The notes: generated by a model not told the origin, from the letters alone. A DNA stretch of 64,000 bases from Clostridia bacterium (GCA_017625675.1 JAGAKK010000052.1:50225-114224); one strand, 5' to 3'. Positions 10,544-19,676 are shown, counted from the stretch's first letter. Program-made: numbers and translations.

Positions 10544-11860
10544 TCAAAGTCTCCAATAAGAATATCCCTTGTCCAGGAACTCCTTTCTGTCAAAAATGCC
10601 TTTAACGTCTACCAATATCTTGATGGCATCTGCCTTGTGCATTGATGCAATATCATCCTCTGTAAGAGCCTTTAATTCATCGTGAGCAACTGCCACCACT
10701 ACCGCATCAAGGTCGCGAAGATCTTCTTTTGCACAAAGTTTAATTCCGTACTCATGCTCTACTGCTGCGGCCTCTGCCACAGGATCGTAAGCCACGGCCT
10801 CTACAGAATACTCCTTTAATTCATTGATAATGTCTACAACTCTTGTATTTCTGGTATCAGGACAATTTTCCTTGAAGGAAATGCCCAAAATGCCTACTCG
10901 TGCATTTTTTACATTGACGTCATTTTTTATAAGAAGTTTAATGATATTTTCAGCAACGTAATTTCCCATATCGTCATTAACGTGTCTTCCCGCAAGAATT
11001 ACCCGCGAACGGTAACCAAGCTGCTCCGCTCTGTATGTAAGGTAATAAGGGTCAACACCAATGCAGTGACCGCCTACAAGACCGGGGCTGAACTTCAGGA
11101 AGTTCCACTTTGTGCCTGCGGCCTCAATAACAGACTTTGTGTCAATACCCATCTTATGGAAAATGATAGAAAGCTCGTTCATAAATGCAATGTTAAGGTC
11201 TCTCTGGCTGTTTTCAATGGCCTTTGCCGCTTCTGCCACCATAATGCTCTCTGCTCTGTGGACACCTGCCTCCACAACAAGCTCATATACCTTTGCCACA
11301 GTATCAAGAGTCTCTGCATCCATACCTGAAACAATTTTTACAATGGTCTCGAGGCGGTGAACCTTGTCGCCGGGATTAATTCTTTCGGGAGAATATCCTA
11401 TTTTAAAATCAACGCCGCACTTAAGTCCGGAGCATTTTTCCAGAATCGGCACACAGACCTCCTCTGTAACGCCGGGATATACCGTTGACTCGTATACAAC
11501 CACAGAACCGGGAACAAGATTTCTTCCCAGAATCTCACTTGCTCCTACAACGGGACTGAGATCAGGAGTATTGTCAGGGTTAATAGGGGTAGGCACTGCC
11601 ACAATGTGAAACTTCGCCTCACGAAGCTTCTTTTCATCACTTGTAAATTCTACGTCGCACTTCGAAATAGCATCGTCGCCTACTTCGTTTGTAGGGTCAA
11701 TACCCTTTTTGTAAAGGGCTACTTTTGATGCGTTAATGTCAAAGCCTATAACGTCTGCTTTTTTTGAAAAAGCTACTGCAATAGGCATACCTACATAGCC
11801 AAGACCAACTAAAGAAATTTTCTCTTCTCTTTTAACTATCTTTTCATAAAGACCGTTCAT
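10544..11860 (-). CDS. Nucleotide-sugar (UDP-HexNAc) 6-dehydrogenase, TviB/WbpO/Cap5O-like
   Basis: Rossmann motif VGLGYVGMP; catalytic Cys region GLVGGHCIGVDPYY; 438 aa. Confidence 0.85.
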   Translation of the reverse strand: MNGLYEKIVKREEKISLVGLGYVGMPIAVAFSKKADVIGFDINASKVALYKKGIDPTNEVGDDAISKCDVEFTSDEKKLREAKFHIVAVPTPINPDNTPDLSPVVGASEILGRNLVPGSVVVYESTVYPGVTEEVCVPILEKCSGLKCGVDFKIGYSPERINPGDKVHRLETIVKIVSGMDAETLDTVAKVYELVVEAGVHRAESIMVAEAAKAIENSQRDLNIAFMNELSIIFHKMGIDTKSVIEAAGTKWNFLKFSPGLVGGHCIGVDPYYLTYRAEQLGYRSRVILAGRHVNDDMGNYVAENIIKLLIKNDVNVKNARVGILGISFKENCPDTRNTRVVDIINELKEYSVEAVAYDPVAEAAAVEHEYGIKLCAKEDLRDLDAVVVAVAHDELKALTEDDIASMHKADAIKILVDVKGIFDRKEFLDKGYSYWRL

Positions 11861-11897
11861 AAATTTGCCTCCTGTACAAATTTTCTATTAATACAAC

Positions 11898-13025
11898 TTA
11901 TTTTGCAAGTCCCATTATCTCCATAATCTCGCGGTTCACTATCCCCACGTCGTATTTTTCTTCGGCAATGCGCCTTGACGCCTTGCCCATGGTTTTCACA
12001 AGTTCAGGCTCTGCCGCCAACTTTTTCATTGCATTGGCCAGCGATTCCGAGCTTCTCGGCTCTACCAAAATGCCGTTTGCGCCCTTTTCAATGCAATCTC
12101 TGCACCCGGGCACATCTGTAGTTATTACCGCAAGTCCCGATGCCATCGCCTCAAGCACCGCCTTGGGCCTGCCCTCGTGGTATGACGGCAACACGAAAAC
12201 ATCGTTTTCACGAAGCAATTCCGCCACGTTTTTAGATTCTCCAAGGTACGCAACCGAACCCTCCAGAACGTACGATTCAATGTCCTCTTGTTTCATTGCC
12301 GATGGGTTCGTATCAAAACCACCCACCAACTTACATTTTACATCAAAACCGCTTTTTCGTAAAGACCTTGATGCCTCCAAATACTCAATTATTCCTTTAT
12401 CTTTTATAATTCTTGCCACCATAATAAAGCAGGTAGCACCGTTTTGCTTCTTTTCGGCCTTTTCACACGGTTTAAAAAGCTCCACGTCAACACCGGAACC
12501 GTTTACGACGATTGACTGTTGTCGTTTTACAATTCCTTTTTTAATCAAGGCCTCCCAGTCATCTTCGTTGTGAAAAAGCACCATATCAGCGTTTTTTAAT
12601 GCCTTGCGGTAGCCACTCAATATGTAGGACCTTGCTGCCGCTCGCTTTATGCCTTGCCCAGAAAACGCATACCCAAGGCCTGCTATCAAGGGGTAAAACC
12701 CGCACTTGCCATAAGCCTTAACGGCAAGACCTCCGTAAATTACCGCCTTCGTCTGATATGCAAAAACCTTGTCAGGACGTATCTCTTCAAGAATTTCTTT
12801 GTATGCCTTCAAGGTTCTTCGGTCTTCAAAAAAGTTCATTCCGTTTCTGTTCACAGGAACAGCCCTATATAAAATTCCGACCTTTCCAAAAAATTCTTTC
12901 CACTTTTCGGAAGGATCGTGGCCGACTGCAATCACCTCACAGCCTGCCTCAACGAAGGCCTTCATCATATCAAGGCGAAAAGTCACCAAAGATTCGGTTT
13001 GGCAGGATAGCACCAAAATTTTCAT
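11898..13025 (-). CDS. Glycosyltransferase family 4
   Basis: SYHEGRPKAVLEAMASGLAVITTDVPGCRD (E-x7-E). Confidence 0.85.
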   Translation of the reverse strand: MKILVLSCQTESLVTFRLDMMKAFVEAGCEVIAVGHDPSEKWKEFFGKVGILYRAVPVNRNGMNFFEDRRTLKAYKEILEEIRPDKVFAYQTKAVIYGGLAVKAYGKCGFYPLIAGLGYAFSGQGIKRAAARSYILSGYRKALKNADMVLFHNEDDWEALIKKGIVKRQQSIVVNGSGVDVELFKPCEKAEKKQNGATCFIMVARIIKDKGIIEYLEASRSLRKSGFDVKCKLVGGFDTNPSAMKQEDIESYVLEGSVAYLGESKNVAELLRENDVFVLPSYHEGRPKAVLEAMASGLAVITTDVPGCRDCIEKGANGILVEPRSSESLANAMKKLAAEPELVKTMGKASRRIAEEKYDVGIVNREIMEIMGLAK

Positions 13026-13687
13026 GACTTGGTTTCTTCGCCGTCCTTCTTGGCATTATCGGGGCCGCCTTCTACAACGCCCTCGCCGCCGATGTTTTTC
13101 ACGGTAAGGAAAATCGACTTTATATCAAGGCCCACACCCATATTCTTCACGTAATAGCCGTCCAGCTCCGCTTTCTTCTCAATGGAGAGCGTATCTCTGC
13201 CGTTTGCCTGTGCCCAGCCTGTAAGACCCGGACGAATGGCATTTGCGCCGAATTTATCCCTTTCCTCTATAAGGTCGTATTGATTCCAAAGGGCAGGCCT
13301 TGGCCCCACCACGTCAATATCGCCTTTGATTATATTAAAAAGCTGAGGCAGCTCGTCAAGTGAAGTCTTTCTCATAAATTTTCCCGAACGGGTTATGTAT
13401 TGCTCAGGATCTTTCAAAAGATGGGTAGGCGTATCGTGAGGAGTGCTCTTTTTCATTGTCCTGAACTTGTAGATCATGAAGTGCTTTTTGTTCTTTCCAA
13501 CACGCTTTTGCTTAAAAAGCACAGGGCCTCCGTCGTCAATAAGTATCCATATACACAGAAAAAGGAGCAGCGGTGACAGCACAATGGTACCCAAAATACC
13601 GCTGATGAAACCGCATACTCTCTTAAATCCTAAATAAAAACCTTTTCCTTTTATGACCTCTGCGTCAATATTTCTCTCGTTATCCAT
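13022..13687 (-). CDS. Initiating undecaprenyl-phosphate sugar-phosphate transferase (small bacterial sugar transferase)
   Basis: Single N-terminal TM. YKFRTMK and SLDELPQLFNIIKGDIDVVGPRP motifs. 4-nt overlap with the downstream GT4. Confidence 0.88.
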   Translation of the reverse strand: MDNERNIDAEVIKGKGFYLGFKRVCGFISGILGTIVLSPLLLFLCIWILIDDGGPVLFKQKRVGKNKKHFMIYKFRTMKKSTPHDTPTHLLKDPEQYITRSGKFMRKTSLDELPQLFNIIKGDIDVVGPRPALWNQYDLIEERDKFGANAIRPGLTGWAQANGRDTLSIEKKAELDGYYVKNMGVGLDIKSIFLTVKNIGGEGVVEGGPDNAKKDGEETKS

Positions 13688-13696
13688 AAGTCCGCC

Positions 13697-14776
13697 TCAA
13701 ACCTTCCTCAGTACATTCATAATTTTCTCAACCACAATGTGCTTTTCAAATTCCCGTACCATTTTTTCCCGGGCGGCTTCTCCCAATTTTATTCTTTCAT
13801 CCCTGGGCAGTTCAAGAAAACGCTTCATCGCGCCGTATAACGTTTCAACGTCCTTTGATTTGCAAAGAAATCCTGTAACGCCATCCTCAACAGCCTCTCT
13901 GCAACCCGGAATATCAGAGGCAATAACAGCTCGTCCACAAGAAGAACCCTCCAGAATAACGTTGTTCATACCCTCGTGGTAGCTTGGCATAACGATACAG
14001 TCTGCCTTTGCGTAAAATTCCTTCAACGAATCCTGAAAACCGTGAAAAGCAATGATTCCCTCTTCCTGAAGCTTCTCTATTTTCGTCTGGTATTCGTCTT
14101 CAAAAAATCCTGCCATATCGAGGACAAAGTTGTATCCTTCTGCTTTAAGTTTCTTCGCTGACTCAATGAGCTCATCAATGCCCTTTTCCTTCATAATTCT
14201 GCCGGCAAACAAAAAGCTTGTCTTTTCATTCTCGGGATAAGGCTGGTATGCAAACAACTCACTGTTTACTCCTGCACCGCTGAGAACCAAGGTTTTCTCT
14301 CGCGGAATAATTTTTTTCTCCACAAAGAAATCTGCATTGGGCTGATTCTCGAAGAAAACCCTTTCTGATTTCTTCAAGGCTTTTCTGTACAAAAACGATA
14401 CAAAAGCCGACAAAAGCGGAGTCTGAAAAGCAGTGCCAAGTCCTTGAACGTTGGCATAATAAGGCACACCAAGGCGGCCTGCAAAATAGCCTGCATACAC
14501 GTTGGCCTTAATGGAATATGTTATCATAATGTCGGGTTTCTCTTCTTTCAATATCTTGCGATAAGCCTTTATAAGGGAAAGATCCTTGAAAATGCTTGTA
14601 CCGCGCCTGTCAACGTCAGTATTTATGCAGCGGGCGCCCATTTTCTCAAAATCCTCTTCATGGCCCACAAAAGGCATAGAAATGATAACCTCATTATTTC
14701 TCAACAGCTCGCCGATAAGCTCCCTGCGGAAATTATAAAGCATCCCCGAATGATTTGTTACTACTAAAATCCTCAT
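13697..14776 (-). CDS. Glycosyltransferase family 4 (first gene of the polysaccharide operon)
   Basis: SYHEGMNNVILEGSSCGRAVIASDIPGCREAV (E-x7-E). Confidence 0.85.
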   Translation of the reverse strand: MRILVVTNHSGMLYNFRRELIGELLRNNEVIISMPFVGHEEDFEKMGARCINTDVDRRGTSIFKDLSLIKAYRKILKEEKPDIMITYSIKANVYAGYFAGRLGVPYYANVQGLGTAFQTPLLSAFVSFLYRKALKKSERVFFENQPNADFFVEKKIIPREKTLVLSGAGVNSELFAYQPYPENEKTSFLFAGRIMKEKGIDELIESAKKLKAEGYNFVLDMAGFFEDEYQTKIEKLQEEGIIAFHGFQDSLKEFYAKADCIVMPSYHEGMNNVILEGSSCGRAVIASDIPGCREAVEDGVTGFLCKSKDVETLYGAMKRFLELPRDERIKLGEAAREKMVREFEKHIVVEKIMNVLRKV

Positions 14777-14942
14777 ATTTTACACACTGCCCTCTCAGGC
14801 GCAACGCACTGTTTTTGCACCCGTTTTTTTAGACAACTATCCGCCCCGGCAATCGTTTCTTCACTATGTCGGAACATTTTTTCTCTCTTGTGGGATTGTG
14901 ACAATCCCACGCTATACACTATTTGCTTTCAAGATTTATACT

Positions 14943-14971
14943 ATAGTAACAAATAAAACCGCGTCCGTCAA
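14943..14971 (-). promoter_or_regulatory. Sigma-A-like promoter for the polysaccharide operon
   Basis: On the minus strand: TTGACG, 17 nt, TGT-TACTAT (extended -10). It leaves a ~165-nt leader containing the 21-nt palindrome at 14890..14910. Confidence 0.5.
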
Positions 14972-15029
14972 GTGGTATTGCTGTTTTTTGTGTAAATTTT
15001 CAAGGATTTTTCATTTAAGCTGGTCTAAT

Positions 15030-15058
15030 GGAGCCACAGCGTCTGACGCTGTGGCTCC
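15030..15058. repeat. REP-like hairpin repeat, copy 1 (loop TCTGA orientation)
   Basis: GGAGCCACAGCG-TCTGA-CGCTGTGGCTCC; perfect 12-bp stem. Confidence 0.9.
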
Positions 15059-15068
15059 ATATAAAAGT

Positions 15069-15094
15069 ATCGGGGTGTTCACACCCCGATACTA
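15069..15094 (-). terminator. Rho-independent terminator of the RAYT-like gene
   Basis: GTATCGGGGTG-TTCA-CACCCCGATAC, followed on the minus strand by TTTTATAT. Confidence 0.6.
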
Positions 15095-15103
15095 ACCACA
15101 TGC

Positions 15104-15856
15104 CTATGAACAGCATTGCTGTATCTTTTTACGACTCATTCCGGTCAGGCGATTTAATTGTCTGAACGATATACCCTTGTCAGATAACAGTATCAAACAA
15201 GTTCTTTTTTGCTCTTCATCAAGCTTTTGAAATTCTGTAATGTTTTTGCAACATGTCATTTGCTCAATCATATTTACTACCTTGTCATCAGTATACTTTC
15301 GTTTTATTTTCTCCGGCAAATCCAGAAACTCATCTTCGCTGTCAATATCGTTGTATTCAGCAAAACTTAACATGTCTTTGCTTCTAAAAACCGCTTCACT
15401 GTCAATATCATTTTTTCCATTAATATACGATAAAAAGCTGCTATATTTATATTCTGACACTCTGTTACACATCCCTGCTTTTACCGGATTTCTGTGTATA
15501 TACCTAACCACTCTCAACAATGATCCGGCAGTCTCAACGCATTCACTCCTAAATCTTGATTGAAACAAATGTCCCACTCGTTCATACTTGTCGTTATACC
15601 ATTTTGCATACCTGCTTTGAATACTCTGCATGCTTTGGGAAATTGTTTTTTCCTTTTCTTTTGCGAGCAAATGAACATGGTTAGACATCAGACAATATGC
15701 ATATAATTCAAAGGCCTCTTGTTTTCGATAATGTTTTACGTATTCCAGAAATTTTTCGTAATCTTCTTCCTCTTCAAAAATCCTTTGCTTATTTACCCCT
15801 CTGACCATCAAATGATAAGTACCTGTTCTACTTTTCACGCGTACGCTGTTTGACAT
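15104..15856 (-). mobile_element. IS200-like Y1 (HUH) transposase of the REP-associated tyrosine transposase (RAYT) type
   Basis: ORF 15104..15871. Start placed at MSNSVRV (ATG 15856, GGAGG 8 nt upstream). HUH motif SNHVHLL, Tyr motif RYIHRNPVKAG, and a C-terminal HTH-like tail (GISFRQLNRLTGMSRKKI). No tnpB or IS ends; flanked by REP copies. Confidence 0.8.
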
Positions 15857-15871
15857 AAGAAACACCTCCAA

Positions 15872-16059
15872 GAGCCAAAGCGTCTGACGCCGTGGCTCAA
15901 ATTTATTTTATTGTAGCAAAACAAACGGATTCGAAGCGGAACAGGGTAAAGTAGGGGGCAACCGCCAAAAATCAGCCCCTATTTTACCTCTTGAAAACCG
16001 CTTCGTTATAGTTTAAAATATATTGTAGTATTGAGCCACGGCGTCAGACGCTTTGGCTC
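15872..16059. repeat. REPIN-like inverted doublet (REP copies 2 and 3 plus an inner imperfect hairpin)
   Basis: 15872..15898 GAGCCAAAGCGTCTGACGCCGTGGCTC is the exact reverse complement of 16033..16059. The inner arms at about 15925..16005 are also inverted. Confidence 0.85.
15991..16019 (+). promoter_or_regulatory. Sigma-A-like promoter for the radical SAM/yfhO genes, lying inside the REP doublet
   Basis: TTGAAA (15991-96), 17 nt, TAAAAT (16014-19). REP copy 3 then falls in the predicted 5' UTR. Confidence 0.45.
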
Positions 16060-16081
16060 GCCGATTGAAAAGGAGCTTCTT

Positions 16082-17116
16082 ATGTCAAAAACTGTTTTTA
16101 ACGGATTTAATTCCAACGAAAAAATACTTCACCACATTGACAAGGTAAACAATTTCCTCAGCGCAGGAAAAACCTTGGTGGTGACGGAGTTTGACCTTAC
16201 CAACAGGTGCAATAATAATTGCCCTGCCTGTGTTGGCGTAAAAGAAAACGGTGCCCAGCTTACATGGGACGAGATTCAGATGATTGTGAAAGGGCTGAAA
16301 AACCTCGGCAACCGCGGCGTTATCGTCAGCGGCGGCGGAGAGCCTTTGTTGCACCCTGATTTTATCCGCACGTTGAAGCTCATAAAAGAGTCAGGCATGG
16401 AGATTGGCCTTAACAGCAACGGATTGGCGCTGAATCAGGAGATGGCGGATGCCATTGCGGAGTATTGTACGTATTTCAGAATCAGCCTTGATGCAGGATC
16501 TCCGGAGATGTACAAGCAGACCCATGGAATGCCTGCAGATTGTTATTATCGTGTGCTGGATAATATCATGTTGATGTCAGAAACGAAGAAGAGGACAGGC
16601 TCTGCGGTGTCCTTTACTGTGGGCTTCCTTACCGGTGCGGATACTGTGAAGGATATGGAAGCATTTGTGAAGGCGGCTAAGGAATACGGCGCAGGCGCGG
16701 CCCAGTTCAGACCTTTTACCGGCGATTCTACTGACATCAGCGAAGAATATAAATGACTTAAAGAAAAATATGAGGACGATGATTTCAAGGTGTTGGCGTC
16801 GCTGCAGAAATATTGCAAGTTTGAGGATATTGCGCCTCGTACCTACGACCGTTGCAGAGGAATGTTCTTCTCCACGGTGGTTACTGCGGATGCCAAGATG
16901 TTTGCTTGCCTGCATCACAGACAGGACCCCGACTACCTTATCGGCGATATGAGAGGGGAAGGAAAAACCTTGGAAGAGGTGTGGAATTCCTACAGAAAAT
17001 GGATGGTTTACGAAAGTATTGACGTGAGCATCTGCCCGCCCTTCTGCCGAAACGATAGTTTCAACGGTGTTCTGGCGGAGCTGGACAAGGATATGATCCA
17101 TAAGGAATTTATGTGA
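16082..17116 (+). pseudogene. Radical SAM protein (C-terminal Cys-rich extension) interrupted by one in-frame TGA at 16754-16756
   Basis: AAGGAG RBS, ATG 16082. CNNNCPACVG (CxxxCxxC) and SGGGEPLL motifs. ORFs 16031..16756 and 16790..17116 are in the same frame and read ...EEYK*LKEKYEDDDFKVLASLQKY... Confidence 0.6.
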
Positions 17117-17155
17117 TTTTTTGTGTAACGATACGAAAAAAGGAGTGCCTGCCAG

Positions 17156-19627
17156 ATGAACGCCCAAAGGCTTGATGTTCCGAAACAGAAAACTGCGAGA
17201 TACGCTGTCAAAGCCGTGCTTTTTGCATTGGCGGCGGCGTTTTTTGCGCTTTTACCGGCTGTAATTGAGGGGGGCGGTGCTCTTCTTTTAAGAAGTGATT
17301 TCAACTATCAGCAAATCGTCTTCCAGATGCTGACCGGCGATTTTTATAAAAGCGGCAACTTCGGCTGGAGCCCTGTTACCGACCTTGGCAGCGGCATTAT
17401 CGGCAGCTACTCATTTTATAATCTGGCAAGTCCCTTCACTCTTCTGACAGCCTTTTTGCCTGCGACAGTGGTGCCCTATATGACGGCGCCTGTTCTGATA
17501 ATAAAATATTGTGTAGCGGCATTGACGGCCTTCTTTTTTATAAAAAGCTTTGTTAAAAATTATGATACAGCAGTTTTCGGCGCTGTTTTGTATGCTTTTT
17601 GCGGTTTCCAGACCGTGAATCTGATGTTTCCCTTCCATGATGTGACAGCACTTTTTCCTTTGCTGCTGATAGGTGTCGAGGAGCTGGTTGAGAACAGACG
17701 ATACGGTGTGTTGGCCTTCGGGGCGGCTCTTTGTTGCTTTACCAATTATTATTTCTTTTTCGGCGAAATACTTTTCCTCGTTCTTTATTTTATATTCAGG
17801 TTTGTCGTGGGAAAAGTTAATTTTAAAGAGAAAGCATCAGTTGTGGAAATGCTCAAAAAAGTCGGTCTTTGCCTTTTGGAAGGGGCGCTTGGCCTTGGTA
17901 TCAGCGCCGTGATTTTGTTGCCCTCTGCATTATCGGTAATGCAAAATCCCAGGATAGACTCCTCCGTCAGCGAGATTCTTTTCCAATGGCCGCGATATTT
18001 TACGATAATACAGGGCTTTTTCCTTCCTGCTGACGTTATGGGAAGTCAAGGATATTTTCTTGAAAAAGCCTGCACGTCCTGTTCCCTGTGCCTGCCCTTG
18101 GTGGCAATGGCCTTTGCCTTTTCTTATGCTTTGCGACACAAAAAAAGCGGGTTTACGTGGATGAGTTTTGTGATGTGTTTAATAGCGGCGGTGCCTGTCC
18201 TTAACAGCGCATTCTCACTTTTTAACGCACAATATTACGCAAGATGGTTCTACATGGCGGCAATGATTTTTGCTTTGATGTCTGCAATCATACTTGACGA
18301 AACTGCTCCGGAAAATTCCGCAAGAAAAGACCGGAAAGAACTCGTTTACGGTGCGGCTATCAACACGGCAATCACCTTATTGGTGGTAGGCGCAGAATTT
18401 CTTTTGATACTGTTTTTTACGATTACGGAGCATCCTTATCTTGAGAAAATCAATATTACAATGACCGCGCTCTATGCAGTTTTCGCGGTTGGTTGTTGTG
18501 GTATTTTACTTTTGATTTTAAGAATAAACAATTCAAAAAAATTGATAACCACTCTGACAGTTGCTACCTTGGCGGTAAGCATTATTACCACAGGCGCGGC
18601 GGCCCTTCGCTACAAAAGAGGCGGTGTTCAGTCAATCGGCGCAGACGGCATTACCGCAAATCCTAACAACCCCCTTTCCGAAGAGCGCACGTTGGAGATA
18701 TACAATGACATTACCGCGGAGAAATTGGGTCTTCCCCAAGGTGACAATTACCGCATAAATACCGCTTGGTACGGCGAGGGACTTGACTATTACCAGCACT
18801 CCTACGACAATCTTTCAATGATTATTGACGTGCCCTCCGTTAACGGTTTTATAAGCACTGTTTCCGGCGGAATTTTTGAGTTTTACAACAATTTAGGCCT
18901 TGACAGACGCGTAACAGCGCCGTCCTTTGACGATCCTTCATTGCTGGCGCTCTTGTCCTGCAGATATTTTCTGACCACAAACCCGACTTGCGAGGCAGCG
19001 GCCGGAAAGACCCCCACTGGGCAATACACCCACAGCGACGGCACGGTAATATACTGCTTCGAGTACGATAATTTTCTCCCAATGGGACTTACTTATAATT
19101 ATTATCTGACCTCAGCAGAGCTTGAACAACTTCCTGAAAGCAATCGTTCTTTTGCGCTTCTCTGCGCGGCGGTAATTGACGACAATGATTCACCGGACCT
19201 TGAGAAATTTTCTGCAACGGAGCTTTACAAAAAACTTTCTCAAAAAGATTTTCAAGTCTCCGACGAGGAGCTCTCCGCAGCAATTTCCGCACACAAAAAC
19301 TTCGGCTTCAGCAATTTCACCTACACCGACAACGGCTTCACCGCAAGCGTTGACAACGTTTCTTCCGGCAGAAACATTGCATATTTCAGCGTCCCCTACG
19401 ACAACGGCTGGACCGCAACTGTCAACGGCAATGAAGCAGAGATCATCAACAGCAGCGGCATGATGGCAATTCCTCTTACCGAAGGCAGCAACGAGGTTGT
19501 TTTCACGTACCGCACCCCGGGATTCACAGCAGGCGCAGTTATTTCAGCGGTGTGCCTTGCGGTAGCGGTGGTGTATTGTGTGGTAGGGACTTTCTTAAAA
19601 AAGAAGAGAGGGATTGATAATGAATGA
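17156..19627 (+). CDS. YfhO-family polytopic membrane protein (GT-C-like glycopolymer glycosyltransferase family)
   Basis: 823 aa: about 13 TM segments, a large extracytoplasmic C-terminal domain and a terminal TM. Overall resemblance to the YfhO family. AAGGAG RBS. Confidence 0.7.
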   Translation: MNAQRLDVPKQKTARYAVKAVLFALAAAFFALLPAVIEGGGALLLRSDFNYQQIVFQMLTGDFYKSGNFGWSPVTDLGSGIIGSYSFYNLASPFTLLTAFLPATVVPYMTAPVLIIKYCVAALTAFFFIKSFVKNYDTAVFGAVLYAFCGFQTVNLMFPFHDVTALFPLLLIGVEELVENRRYGVLAFGAALCCFTNYYFFFGEILFLVLYFIFRFVVGKVNFKEKASVVEMLKKVGLCLLEGALGLGISAVILLPSALSVMQNPRIDSSVSEILFQWPRYFTIIQGFFLPADVMGSQGYFLEKACTSCSLCLPLVAMAFAFSYALRHKKSGFTWMSFVMCLIAAVPVLNSAFSLFNAQYYARWFYMAAMIFALMSAIILDETAPENSARKDRKELVYGAAINTAITLLVVGAEFLLILFFTITEHPYLEKINITMTALYAVFAVGCCGILLLILRINNSKKLITTLTVATLAVSIITTGAAALRYKRGGVQSIGADGITANPNNPLSEERTLEIYNDITAEKLGLPQGDNYRINTAWYGEGLDYYQHSYDNLSMIIDVPSVNGFISTVSGGIFEFYNNLGLDRRVTAPSFDDPSLLALLSCRYFLTTNPTCEAAAGKTPTGQYTHSDGTVIYCFEYDNFLPMGLTYNYYLTSAELEQLPESNRSFALLCAAVIDDNDSPDLEKFSATELYKKLSQKDFQVSDEELSAAISAHKNFGFSNFTYTDNGFTASVDNVSSGRNIAYFSVPYDNGWTATVNGNEAEIINSSGMMAIPLTEGSNEVVFTYRTPGFTAGAVISAVCLAVAVVYCVVGTFLKKKRGIDNE

Positions 19628-19676
19628 CAAAAAATTATTAATGAATCAAATGCCTAAATCTATAGCAGTTATACAA

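Noticed and set aside
16754-16756. Alternative genetic code (TGA as a sense codon) or selenocysteine as the explanation for the in-frame TGA
   Set aside because: rplM and the yfhO-like gene terminate at TGA with normal lengths, so the genome uses TGA as a stop. The residue context (YK-x-LKEKY, in a linker between domains) is not a typical Sec/Cys redox site, and I see no clear SECIS-like hairpin. Sec is kept only as a low-probability alternative in the finding.
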